From Gammaproteobacteria bacterium (GTDB lineage: Bacteria; Pseudomonadota; Gammaproteobacteria; GCA-001735895): 61,522 bases of DNA. Shown here one piece after another: positions 25,627 through 33,950 of the stretch. The translations under genes were made by a program, and so were the position numbers. The DNA lies in NCBI GenBank assembly GCA_024686195.1, contig JAIBDO010000001.1:1-61522 (forward strand), given 5' to 3'. Position 1 is the stretch's first letter, and each line of letters begins with the position of its first letter. The notes beneath the pieces are model-generated. The model did no database searches. It was not told where the DNA came from and worked only from the letters and a program-made list of their open reading frames with translations.

Positions 25627-25725
25627 GTTGATTCCTATACGATGGTGAGCAATCCGTGGTTGCAGCTACCCTGGTGCTGGCGGGTAATAAAACTGTTGTT
25701 TTGACTGCGTCAGGCGAGGATTAAG

Positions 25726-26010
25726 ATGTATGTTGTGGTAGTAGAATTTGCGATCAAACCTGAGTTTTGCGCGCGTTTTCGTGAGCGGGTGCAGCAGCAG
25801 GCGAGGGATTCACTTGAGCTGGAGTCTGAATGTCATGTCTTTGATGTGTGCATCGATCCGGAACGCGAGAATTTCGTGTTGCTTTACGAGGTCTACAGCG
25901 ACCGTGCTGCTTTCGATACCCACCTGGCATCAGCGCATTTCATTGATTTTGACAAGATGGTTCGCGATTGGGTTAAGGGCAAGCAGGTAGGCTGTTACAC
26001 GCGAATTTGA
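25726..26010 (+). CDS. Antibiotic-biosynthesis-monooxygenase (ABM) domain protein
   Basis: 94 aa with a ferredoxin-like ABM pattern (VVVEFAIKPE...LYEVYSDRAAFDTHLASAHF). Confidence 0.75.
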   Translation: MYVVVVEFAIKPEFCARFRERVQQQARDSLELESECHVFDVCIDPERENFVLLYEVYSDRAAFDTHLASAHFIDFDKMVRDWVKGKQVGCYTRI

Positions 26011-26130
26011 TGATCGCAATTTGATTCTGCTGTCAAGGCGTGATTCGCGCTGATAACGCGATTGAGACCTGGGTCATAGTCCGTCATTTAGGGGCGGTAA
26101 GCCAAAATTTCTCTGCTAAGCTTTCTTCCC

Positions 26131-27033
26131 ATGTTAGCCAATGCAGAACGTGATTTTTTTGAGCCGGTGACGCTAGATCAACTGGTAGGTGAAGGGCAGC
26201 AACCGCCTAGCTTACCGGGGATCTTTACACGCGTTTGCCAACAGCTCGACGACCCCAATTGCAGTCTTCAACAGATTGCCATAACCATTCAGAACGATCC
26301 CGCGATTACCACGCGCATCCTGAAACTGGTGAACAGTAGTTATTACGGTTTGCCCGGGCAGGTGACAGCGGTGGACCATGCGGTGCGCCTGCTGGGCCGC
26401 GAACGCTGCAAACATACTTTGATTGGTTCCGTGGTCGGAAGCGTGTTCGACACTCACGAGAATCCTGCATTCTCGATACATGCTTTCTGGCAACACAGCA
26501 TCAAGACTGCGCTTATCGCACGCCAGCTGGCCGACTTCACCGATGGCATCGAAGAACCCGAAGCCATGTTTACCGCGGGTTTGTTGCATGATATCGGCAA
26601 GCTGATGTTGATCGAACGTTTCCCTTGCGAAATGTTGGCGGCTGAAGAAACCATGATCCGCCGCCGGGTCGATGAACTCAGCGCGGAGATCTCCCAGGTC
26701 GGCCTGACGCACACCGCGGTCGGTGAGGCGCTGATGAAACATTGGGGTTTGCCCGAAATTTTGATTGATTGTACCCGTTGTCATCATGAAACCGTGCACG
26801 ATGGCCCTAACCGTCGTGCGACACACCTGGTATACCTGGCCAATCGCCTCAGCGAATATGTGCCTCCGCTCGATGAAACTGAAACGCTGGCCATTCTGGA
26901 CGATATTGAAAACTGGGATATGGGTCAGGTGACGGTCGATCAGATTGCAGGTGCCTGTCAAAATGCTGACGACCTGGTTTTCGAGGTCATGGAGTCGCTC
27001 GCCATGATCCCTGCCGAAGTCGACGACGAGTAA
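26131..27033 (+). CDS. HDOD domain signalling protein
   Basis: 300 aa with an HDOD pattern (LPGIFTRVCQQLDDPNCSLQQIAITIQNDPAITTRILKLVNSSYYG...LLHDIGKL). Confidence 0.85.
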   Translation: MLANAERDFFEPVTLDQLVGEGQQPPSLPGIFTRVCQQLDDPNCSLQQIAITIQNDPAITTRILKLVNSSYYGLPGQVTAVDHAVRLLGRERCKHTLIGSVVGSVFDTHENPAFSIHAFWQHSIKTALIARQLADFTDGIEEPEAMFTAGLLHDIGKLMLIERFPCEMLAAEETMIRRRVDELSAEISQVGLTHTAVGEALMKHWGLPEILIDCTRCHHETVHDGPNRRATHLVYLANRLSEYVPPLDETETLAILDDIENWDMGQVTVDQIAGACQNADDLVFEVMESLAMIPAEVDDE

Positions 27034-27284
27034 AACAGCCGCGCCTCATTGCGGGGTCTTGATAAGGACCTGCTGACGCTGCGGATATTTACTCCTGGCT
27101 TTCATCCTTGCCCATTTACCTGCAGTTCCCCGCCGATTGCTGTGGTTTTTGCAGTGATTTGATTCTGTTATGCTGATTTCGGCCATGCTGGTTTCGTTGC
27201 ATACATGATATTTCTTGAAGCCTGTTTGCCAACAACAGAGCCATAACCTGCATTCAACCAAATCCCGTCGAGAGGAGACTATTG

Positions 27285-27764
27285 ATGATCGGTGAACAAA
27301 CACCTGAAGTCGAGGCATTCTGGCAACGCGTCTGCGACCAGCATGCGATTGTTGCCAGTAATTACCATACGCGTACCTTTGGAGATCCACGCTATGCCGA
27401 ATATGGTGATCATGTGACGCAACTGGCCATCGATCAGGTGAAACGCGCCACGGCCCATCTGGCAATGGACTTTGAACTCAACCAGGTGCCGCGACGCGAA
27501 ACCGGGGATTACTGGGTGATTTTGTGGGAAAGTTTCAAACCTGCCTGTGTGCTTGAAATTGTGAATGTCGAGCTGCGCCCCTTTCGCGATGTCGATGATG
27601 CCTTTGCAGCGCGCGAAGGTGAGGGTGATGGCAGTCTGGCATTCTGGAAGCAATGCCATGAGGATTATTTCAAATTGCAGTTGGCTGATTGGGGTAAGCC
27701 CTGGTCAGAGGACTTGCCGGTAGTATTGGAGTCCTTTGAACTGGTCGCGGTAAACGACGCTTAA
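27285..27764 (+). CDS. ASCH domain protein
   Basis: About 159 aa with an ASCH-like pattern (KRATAHLAMDFE...REGEGDGSLAFWKQCHEDYF). ATG 27285 lies 6 nt after GAGAGGAG. Confidence 0.7.
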   Translation: MIGEQTPEVEAFWQRVCDQHAIVASNYHTRTFGDPRYAEYGDHVTQLAIDQVKRATAHLAMDFELNQVPRRETGDYWVILWESFKPACVLEIVNVELRPFRDVDDAFAAREGEGDGSLAFWKQCHEDYFKLQLADWGKPWSEDLPVVLESFELVAVNDA

Positions 27765-27786
27765 TAGAGCGTAATGCCGCGAGGGA

Positions 27787-28185
27787 CTAAATGTCCCGAT
27801 ATCGTTTAGGTTGTTGCATCATTTCAAGGACCAGCTCCTCGGCACCAAAACCGCCACGATTCGGTGTCAAAGCTTCCTGTCCGCTATAGCCCAATGCTTT
27901 TTTGACGCTGCTATCCATCAGGTAAGCGGCGCAAATCAGGGTCATCAGCAGATTGAAATCGGTTTCAGACAAGTGCGCTAAAAAATCTTCCGCGTCACTG
28001 TCAAAGCGATCCAGGATGGTGCAGAAATTGCCGGCAAGTTCGGGCCGGGATTTCAGCGCTCGATCGATTCCGGCATACTCCAGATCAATTTCTGCTGCTG
28101 ACGGTTGGCCATGTGCACCTGGTAGAATGCAACGCGCGAGCAGCGCGATTTTGTTTCTCTGATCTTCTGACAGTTGCAAAATCAT
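27787..28185 (-). CDS. Gluconate 2-dehydrogenase subunit 3-like small protein (partner of the GMC oxidoreductase)
   Basis: 132 aa with the N-terminal pattern LSEDQRNKIALLARCILPGAHGQPSAAEI typical of that family. The ATGA overlap with the upstream GMC gene implies coupling. No Tat or signal sequence is seen. Confidence 0.6.
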   Translation of the reverse strand: MILQLSEDQRNKIALLARCILPGAHGQPSAAEIDLEYAGIDRALKSRPELAGNFCTILDRFDSDAEDFLAHLSETDFNLLMTLICAAYLMDSSVKKALGYSGQEALTPNRGGFGAEELVLEMMQQPKRYRDI

Positions 28186-29795
28186 TGACTGGCCACCCCT
28201 GTGTCATAGCGGGTTTTTATCAGTTGATTCGCGCAGCGCCGCGCCAGAGCCGCGATGGTGGCAGCCGGGTTCACTGATGACGAGGTAACGAAGACGCTAC
28301 CGTCGATAATGTAAAGGTTTTCCACGTCATGACTGCGCATCCATGGATCTACTACCGAGGTCTGTGGATCGCTACCCATACGACAGGTACCAAGGGCATG
28401 CCAACCATTGTCGGTAACCAACCGGCGTGCGCTGGTGTCGTAGGCGCCGGCTTCCTGGAAGGATTCGATGGCACGTGATGTCATAAAATCAAGCATACGC
28501 CGACTGTTTTCCGACACCTGATAGTGAATTCGAATCGTTGGGTCTCCATCAGCATCTACATGATCCCTGTCCACAACCAGGCGGTTGTGCGGGTCGGGTA
28601 GATCTTCCGCGGTTATTCCCCACACGGCTGATCGCCCCAACCACCTGTTGACTCGATGATGCAGGGCATTACCCCAGCTGCGTGCTTCGTCCATTGGATA
28701 TAATGCGGCACCCAATGGTCCACCGGATGGTCCCAGGTTCCACTTGGCGCCGCGTACGAAATCATGTTCCGCCCGGGTCTCGGAAAACTCCATCGAGTAA
28801 ATACTCTGGCCCCAGTGGCCTTGCCAGCTCATCATTGGCTCGTCAAAGAAGCCGACGATTCGACTCAGTGGATGCATCATCAGGTTGCGACCCACCTGGC
28901 CGGAACGGTTAGCGAGACCATCCGGGAACTGCGAATTCGCCGAATTGAGCAATAGCCGCGCACTGCCGATGGCATGGCAGGCCAATAGCACGAGGTTGGC
29001 ATCAACTCGCTGAGTGTTGCCCTCGGCGTCTCGATAAAGTGCTGCCGAGGCCTGACCTTTGTCGTTTAACAGGATGCGGAAAACGCGCGCACCGGTGACC
29101 AGCTTTACCCCATTGGCCAGGGCCTCGGGCCAGTGGCTACGGTCAACCGATGCCTTGGCACCTTCGTTACAGCCCGCTCGACAAGTCGAGCGCTGCACAC
29201 AGGGGCGTCGGTTTCGATAGGGTTGCGAGGCGATGGCATTGCTGCCCGGCCACCAGTGCCAGCCAAGTCGATGATGCGCCTTCGCGACCTTCTCGCCCCA
29301 GGTCTGAATCGGCAGGGGTGGTAATGGATACTCCGGGTGGTCGGGGTAGGCAGGGTCCCCGGCAATCCCCGATACGCCGAACTCCTGGTCGTTGAGGTCA
29401 TAATAAGGTGCCAGATCGCGGTAGCTGATCGGCCAGTCATCTGCGACTCCATCGAGGCTCCTGACGCAAAAATCACCCGGTTGAAACCTCATCCAGTGAG
29501 CACTGTAAAGGATCGTGCTGCCGCCTACAGCGTTGTACAGCATCGGCTTTATCTCGCTACTGTCGTCGAGAATCGGATAGTCAGCCGGTGCCTGGCGGAT
29601 GTTGGGATTGGCGTGCCATGGGCCCATGGCCTGCAATTCAAAATCTGTTTTGTCGCCGGGATAAGCGCCGGGATCGGGCCATTCACCCTGTTCCAGGCAG
29701 GTGATGGCGATGCCGGCGCGGGACAGTTCAAGCGCCGCTACCGCGCCCGATAACCCGGCACCGATAATCAGTACTTCTGTGGTAGTGGTAGACAT
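28182..29795 (-). CDS. GMC-family FAD oxidoreductase
   Basis: 537 aa with N-terminal VLIIGAGLSGAVAALEL and C-terminal GWHALGTCRMG...NLYIIDGSVF. Confidence 0.9.
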   Translation of the reverse strand: MSTTTTEVLIIGAGLSGAVAALELSRAGIAITCLEQGEWPDPGAYPGDKTDFELQAMGPWHANPNIRQAPADYPILDDSSEIKPMLYNAVGGSTILYSAHWMRFQPGDFCVRSLDGVADDWPISYRDLAPYYDLNDQEFGVSGIAGDPAYPDHPEYPLPPLPIQTWGEKVAKAHHRLGWHWWPGSNAIASQPYRNRRPCVQRSTCRAGCNEGAKASVDRSHWPEALANGVKLVTGARVFRILLNDKGQASAALYRDAEGNTQRVDANLVLLACHAIGSARLLLNSANSQFPDGLANRSGQVGRNLMMHPLSRIVGFFDEPMMSWQGHWGQSIYSMEFSETRAEHDFVRGAKWNLGPSGGPLGAALYPMDEARSWGNALHHRVNRWLGRSAVWGITAEDLPDPHNRLVVDRDHVDADGDPTIRIHYQVSENSRRMLDFMTSRAIESFQEAGAYDTSARRLVTDNGWHALGTCRMGSDPQTSVVDPWMRSHDVENLYIIDGSVFVTSSSVNPAATIAALARRCANQLIKTRYDTGVASQ

Positions 29796-29907
29796 CTGCA
29801 GGTAAACTTAGTGGATCGTGGCGTCAGGAACAAGTGCAACATTCTTCGCAATTACACTTTAGTGCTGACGCTGTAAACAATCTCGATGAAGCATCCGGAA
29901 CAAGATA

Positions 29908-30903
29908 ATGGCGCGGAAACGCTGGACAATCGGCATTACCCATTTGATTAAACCGCCGTTTGAGGCTGAACTGGAAGCCTTCAATCAGCAAGCTGATATC
30001 GTGTATTTCAGCGGGCACGATGCTCACGATTACGATGCTGCAGAAATGCAGCGGCTTGACGCAATGCTGGTATGGACCCCGGCTATAGATGAAACGATCG
30101 CCGCGAAACTGGCAAAATGCAAGATACTGGTGCGTTACGGTGTCGGTTACGACAAGATCGATGTTGCTGCTCTTGCACGACATGGCATTGCCTTCTCCAA
30201 TAATCCTGAATACGGCCCCGAAGACGTTGCAGATACTGCAATGGCCATGTTGCTCGCACTGCAAAGGCGCATTGTGGAACACGACTGCAAAGCCCGTGCA
30301 TACCGTGAGGGATGGCAGGAAAATCATCTAAGCCCGATGCGCCACTCGCGCCATTGCCGGGTAGGCATCGTCGGTTTGGGTCGAATCGGTAGCAGTTTGA
30401 GCCTGCGCCTCAAACCTTTCGGTTATAAGGTGATGGCTTATGATCCCTATGTGAGTAACGGCATGTACCGTGCGCTCGACGTGGAACGAGCTGCATCTCT
30501 CGCAGAACTTGTGTCGCAGGTCGATGTACTTTCGATGCATTGCCCACTGACCGCAGAGACGCGCGGCATGATCAATGCTCAGCTGCTCGCCGCGGCCAAA
30601 CCCGGACTGATTTTTGTTAATACCGCGCGCGGACCGCTGATCGATAATCTCGATATCATCGAAACAGGTTTGCGCAGCGGCCAGCTGGCAGCGGCTGGGC
30701 TCGATGTTCTGCCCGCAGAGCCCCCTTTGGATCATCCGCTAATTACGGCCTGGCGGGAAAATGCGGACTGGTTACAGGGACGCTTGTTGATTACACCGCA
30801 TAACGCGTTTCATTCTGATTATGCCTTTGCCGAGTGCCGCTCCAATGCCGCACAAACCGCGCGCCTGTTTCTAGAAGATAATGTGCATCGTAATGCCGTT
30901 TAA
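29908..30903 (+). CDS. D-isomer-specific 2-hydroxyacid dehydrogenase family protein
   Basis: 331 aa with NAD fold VGIVGLGRIGSSL and catalytic-region motifs (NTARG, ITPHNAFHS). Confidence 0.9.
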   Translation: MARKRWTIGITHLIKPPFEAELEAFNQQADIVYFSGHDAHDYDAAEMQRLDAMLVWTPAIDETIAAKLAKCKILVRYGVGYDKIDVAALARHGIAFSNNPEYGPEDVADTAMAMLLALQRRIVEHDCKARAYREGWQENHLSPMRHSRHCRVGIVGLGRIGSSLSLRLKPFGYKVMAYDPYVSNGMYRALDVERAASLAELVSQVDVLSMHCPLTAETRGMINAQLLAAAKPGLIFVNTARGPLIDNLDIIETGLRSGQLAAAGLDVLPAEPPLDHPLITAWRENADWLQGRLLITPHNAFHSDYAFAECRSNAAQTARLFLEDNVHRNAV

Positions 30904-30986
30904 CTTTCAGCGAGGTGTAATCCGGTGTTTGCCCATTGGTGGCAGCGTTAATTTAGCAGTCGTCAGATTCGCACAAGGACGGTGAC

Positions 30987-31301
30987 ATGAGCATAGCGAA
31001 GATCGGGCCTCACGACCTCGGCGGTGATGATGCCGGTAAGGTTTCACCTCTAAGTCGGGATCTGCAATGGTGGGAAAAACGCATCGATGCGCTGTATCGT
31101 TTGCTGGCGGATGATCGACGTATGATTCTGCAAGTGGACGAGTTGCGCGCGGCAATCGAAGCCCTCGGTGACGATGTTTATGCGCGCCATGACTACTATG
31201 AGCGCTGGACCCTGGCGCTGCGTAACCTGCTGATCGCCAAGCAGGTGCTTGATGAAGCGGAAATCGAAACGCGCATATCCCAATTGAAACAAAACCGCTA
31301 A
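30987..31301 (+). CDS. Nitrile hydratase family, N-terminal half of the beta subunit as a separate polypeptide
   Basis: 104 aa: ...GPHDLGG...WWEKRIDALYRLL...YYERWTLALRNLLIAKQVL, which matches the NHase beta N-domain pattern. It ends TAATG, sharing 1 nt with the next start. Confidence 0.85.
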   Translation: MSIAKIGPHDLGGDDAGKVSPLSRDLQWWEKRIDALYRLLADDRRMILQVDELRAAIEALGDDVYARHDYYERWTLALRNLLIAKQVLDEAEIETRISQLKQNR

Positions 31302-31606
31302 TGACGCTGGCGCCGAAATTCAAGCAAGGTGACCCGGTGCAGGTATGCGCACGCGATGTCGCGCATCACCGTCGCACGCCATCCTATGTGCAGGGACGAC
31401 GTGGATACATCGAACGTTTTTGCGGTGCTTTCGCAAATCCCGAACTACTCGCACAGGGCCGGGACGGGTTGCCGCTGATCAATCTGTATCGTGTTCGCTT
31501 CGAGCAGGCTGAGCTGTGGACAACAGCAGAGGTAGATGCCGGCGATGATAGCGTCGATGTTGAAATTTATGAACACTGGTTGAGGCAATGCGATGAACCA
31601 TTCTGA
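31301..31606 (+). CDS. Nitrile hydratase family, C-terminal (SH3-like) half of the beta subunit as a separate polypeptide
   Basis: 101 aa: FKQGDPVQV...HHRRTPSYVQGRRGYIERF...NLYRVRFEQAELW...VDVEIYEHWL, which matches the NHase beta C-domain pattern. Confidence 0.85.
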   Translation: MTLAPKFKQGDPVQVCARDVAHHRRTPSYVQGRRGYIERFCGAFANPELLAQGRDGLPLINLYRVRFEQAELWTTAEVDAGDDSVDVEIYEHWLRQCDEPF

Positions 31607-32261
31607 TCACCCGCCACACGATCACTCATCACATGATCATCAACCCCCACCCGATGAAGGCCGACAGCTCAGTGATGTTCAATACCTGGAAATCGCACTG
31701 CGCGAGTTATTGATTGAAAAGGGCGTTATCAATGCCGATGAAATTCGCGCGGGTGTTGAAGCACTGGATGCGGTAACTCCCGCACAGGGAGCCCGGGTTG
31801 TTGCCAGGGCCTGGTGCGATGATCAGTTTCGTCAACGTCTGTTGGCTGACGGCAGCAAGGCCTGTATTGAGCTTGGGATCGATATCCGCCCGACCCGGTT
31901 GGTGGTCGTCGAAAATACGGATAACTGGCACAACGTGATCGTCTGTACCCTGTGTTCCTGTTATCCGCGCCTGTTACTGGGTTTGCCCCCGGACTGGTAC
32001 AAGTCGCGCGAATACCGCTCCAGAGTGGTGAGGGAACCGCGCAAGGTGCTTGCTGAATTTGGCACTCAATTGCCTGCGGGTGTCAGTTTGCGCGTGCATG
32101 ACAGCACGGCCGACATGCGCTACCTGGTGTTACCGCGGCGGCCGGCGAATAGCGAACACCTTGATGAGGAACAACTGGCAGCGCTGGTGACGCGCGATAG
32201 CATGATCGGGGTAACCCTGGTGCAGACCTCTTTAGTTCGAACCCAGGCAATCCCAGATTGA
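31593..32261 (+). CDS. Nitrile hydratase alpha subunit, cobalt-type active-site motif, with a His-rich N-terminal extension
   Basis: 222 aa. Metal site VCTLCSCYP at nt 31944-31961, followed by LGLPPDWYKSREYRSRVVREPRKVL. The N-terminus reads MNHSDHPPHDHSSHDHQ. Overlaps the previous gene by 14 nt. Confidence 0.9.
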   Translation: MNHSDHPPHDHSSHDHQPPPDEGRQLSDVQYLEIALRELLIEKGVINADEIRAGVEALDAVTPAQGARVVARAWCDDQFRQRLLADGSKACIELGIDIRPTRLVVVENTDNWHNVIVCTLCSCYPRLLLGLPPDWYKSREYRSRVVREPRKVLAEFGTQLPAGVSLRVHDSTADMRYLVLPRRPANSEHLDEEQLAALVTRDSMIGVTLVQTSLVRTQAIPD

Positions 32262-32271
32262 GTCGAACTGG

Positions 32272-33678
32272 TTAGTCGGAACCTGGATAACGCAGTGCGG
32301 GGCACAAGGATTCGAAATGTGCAGCAGTCGATAGTAGAAGTGATTCTTCGAAGGGGCGAGCCACCAGTTGAATGGCGGTTGGCAGACCGTTGCTGTCACA
32401 GCCGCTCGGAATCGAAATTGCCGGCAGGCCGAGATAATTGGCAAATCGGGTCATGGTTGCTACCTGCGAAAAGGCATGGTCAACTTCTCTGGCCTGCAGT
32501 GCATCGGTCGAAAGGAAAGCGGGTGCGACAGGCAGCGATACCGGCATTATCAGTAAATCTGCTTCTCCCATTACCTCTTCAATGAATGATTGCAGCAGCT
32601 GTGGCCGCAATGACAAAGCTTCGATGTAACGCACTGCCGGGATTTCGAGCCCTCCCTCGATAACGCTGCGCACCGCATGAGACATGCACGGGTCGTTATT
32701 GCGCAGGGCCTGTTCATGCATCGCCGCACCTTCGCTCTTAACCAATACCTGTTGCAAGCTGGTATAGAGGTCGAGATCCGGAATCCGGGCAGGTTCAAGC
32801 CCATAACCAGCCCCGCCAAGCAGGTCGAGCGCCTGGCCAAAGTTAGGGTCAGTCTGGCGATGGAGCCGGGTAGCCGCGTCGTCGACAAGACCGATACTGG
32901 GTAGATCAGCCGGTTGGCTGGTCGGCAGATTACAGCTCACAGCAGCGCTGGCCACCGAACTGGCGTCTAGCGGATCCTGCCCGAGTATGGCATTGAACAC
33001 GATGCTGGCGTCGCGGCAACTGCGAGTCAGTGGACCGATACAATCCATCGACCAGGTGCGAGCCATTGCACCATGTCGGCTTACTCTCCCATAGCTGGGC
33101 TTGAGCCCGACAACGCCGCAAAATGCAGCCGGAAGGCGAATCGAACCTCCGGCATCTGAACCCAGTGCCGCATAGGCAAGACCTGCGGCGACAGCGGCGG
33201 CGCTGCCACCCGATGAACCACCGGTATTATGTGCCGTGTTCCAGGGGTTCCGACAGCGACCGAAATGTGCATTGTCACCCGTACCGCCGGCGGCCAGTTC
33301 ATCGAGATTAAGCGTGCCGAGAATAACGGCACCGGCGTCCTCAAGTTTCTGTAGAACGGTGGCATGCTGATTGCTGGTGCTGCGTGTCAGGCTGCTACCC
33401 CCACTTGCGCAATAACCCGGGAAGTCGAAGATATCTTTGATCGCAAGCGGTACCCCGTGCAGCGGCCCACGCCAGTTGCCTGCCTCCAGTTCACGGTCGA
33501 GTTGTTGTGCTCGTAGCAGGGCAGAGTCGTCAAAAATTTTAATGAAACAATTTAGCTTGGGATTTTGTTGGTGGATTCGCTCCAGCATCAATGAAGTCAA
33601 CGCTTTACTGCTGACGTCGCGAGCCTGCAGCATGGCGCTGACCTCACCGAGCGAGCGATAAGCCAGGGCCCTGGTCAT
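32272..33678 (-). CDS. Amidase (amidase-signature family)
   Basis: 468 aa with KDIFD...GGSSGGSAAAVAAGL (Ser-cisSer-Lys signature region). Convergent with the nitrile hydratase genes. Confidence 0.9.
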   Translation of the reverse strand: MTRALAYRSLGEVSAMLQARDVSSKALTSLMLERIHQQNPKLNCFIKIFDDSALLRAQQLDRELEAGNWRGPLHGVPLAIKDIFDFPGYCASGGSSLTRSTSNQHATVLQKLEDAGAVILGTLNLDELAAGGTGDNAHFGRCRNPWNTAHNTGGSSGGSAAAVAAGLAYAALGSDAGGSIRLPAAFCGVVGLKPSYGRVSRHGAMARTWSMDCIGPLTRSCRDASIVFNAILGQDPLDASSVASAAVSCNLPTSQPADLPSIGLVDDAATRLHRQTDPNFGQALDLLGGAGYGLEPARIPDLDLYTSLQQVLVKSEGAAMHEQALRNNDPCMSHAVRSVIEGGLEIPAVRYIEALSLRPQLLQSFIEEVMGEADLLIMPVSLPVAPAFLSTDALQAREVDHAFSQVATMTRFANYLGLPAISIPSGCDSNGLPTAIQLVARPFEESLLLSTAAHFESLCPALRYPGSD

Positions 33679-33890
33679 TTCAATCTGCCGAAGTCGGCGA
33701 GTTGTGCAAGGTACACGGTAAATTGAAACGGATCAGGAAGAGGGGCCGGTTTCGCCGTCGGTAACTGGATATCGAGATATGTAGCAAGACTCACTGGCGT
33801 TGATTTTTCGTCCTGTGGGGCGAATGCCTGAGTTGGATCCGCTTTGTCGCTTTGTGCTGTAAGCGGCGAAGTTTGGTGTTCGTCTCTCAT
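33675..33890 (-). CDS. Small hypothetical protein translationally coupled to the amidase
   Basis: 71-aa ORF whose TGA overlaps the amidase ATG (ATGA). The amidase has no obvious SD of its own, and neither does this ORF. Confidence 0.4.
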   Translation of the reverse strand: MRDEHQTSPLTAQSDKADPTQAFAPQDEKSTPVSLATYLDIQLPTAKPAPLPDPFQFTVYLAQLADFGRLK

Positions 33891-33950
33891 TGAGGTAAAT
33901 TATCCTGCGATTATCGACAATAACGTTATAGGCATCTCCGATCCATCATC

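Noticed and set aside
26212-26961. 249-aa ORF on the minus strand
   Set aside because: It lies entirely antisense to the HDOD gene, whose product has clear family motifs. The antisense product is Arg/His-rich with no motif. This is a typical shadow ORF in GC-rich coding DNA.
27046-27465. 139-aa minus-strand ORF between the HDOD and ASCH genes
   Set aside because: It overlaps the 5' part of the ASCH gene antisense. Its product is Arg/Trp/Cys-rich with no motif and no ribosome-binding site.
30987-31606. Split nitrile hydratase beta as a pseudogene created by a nonsense or frameshift mutation
   Set aside because: The junction is a clean TAATG stop/start overlap with an ATG. Both halves are full-length domains in open frames, and naturally split beta subunits are known in this family. 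I therefore annotate two genes. Comparison with close relatives is still needed, as listed in the findings.
30987-32261. Calling the three-subunit enzyme a thiocyanate hydrolase
   Set aside because: Gene order and the split beta resemble SCNase. I cannot verify the SCNase-specific pocket residues from memory, and the adjacent amidase fits a nitrile/amide route better. It is left as a nitrile-hydratase-family enzyme.
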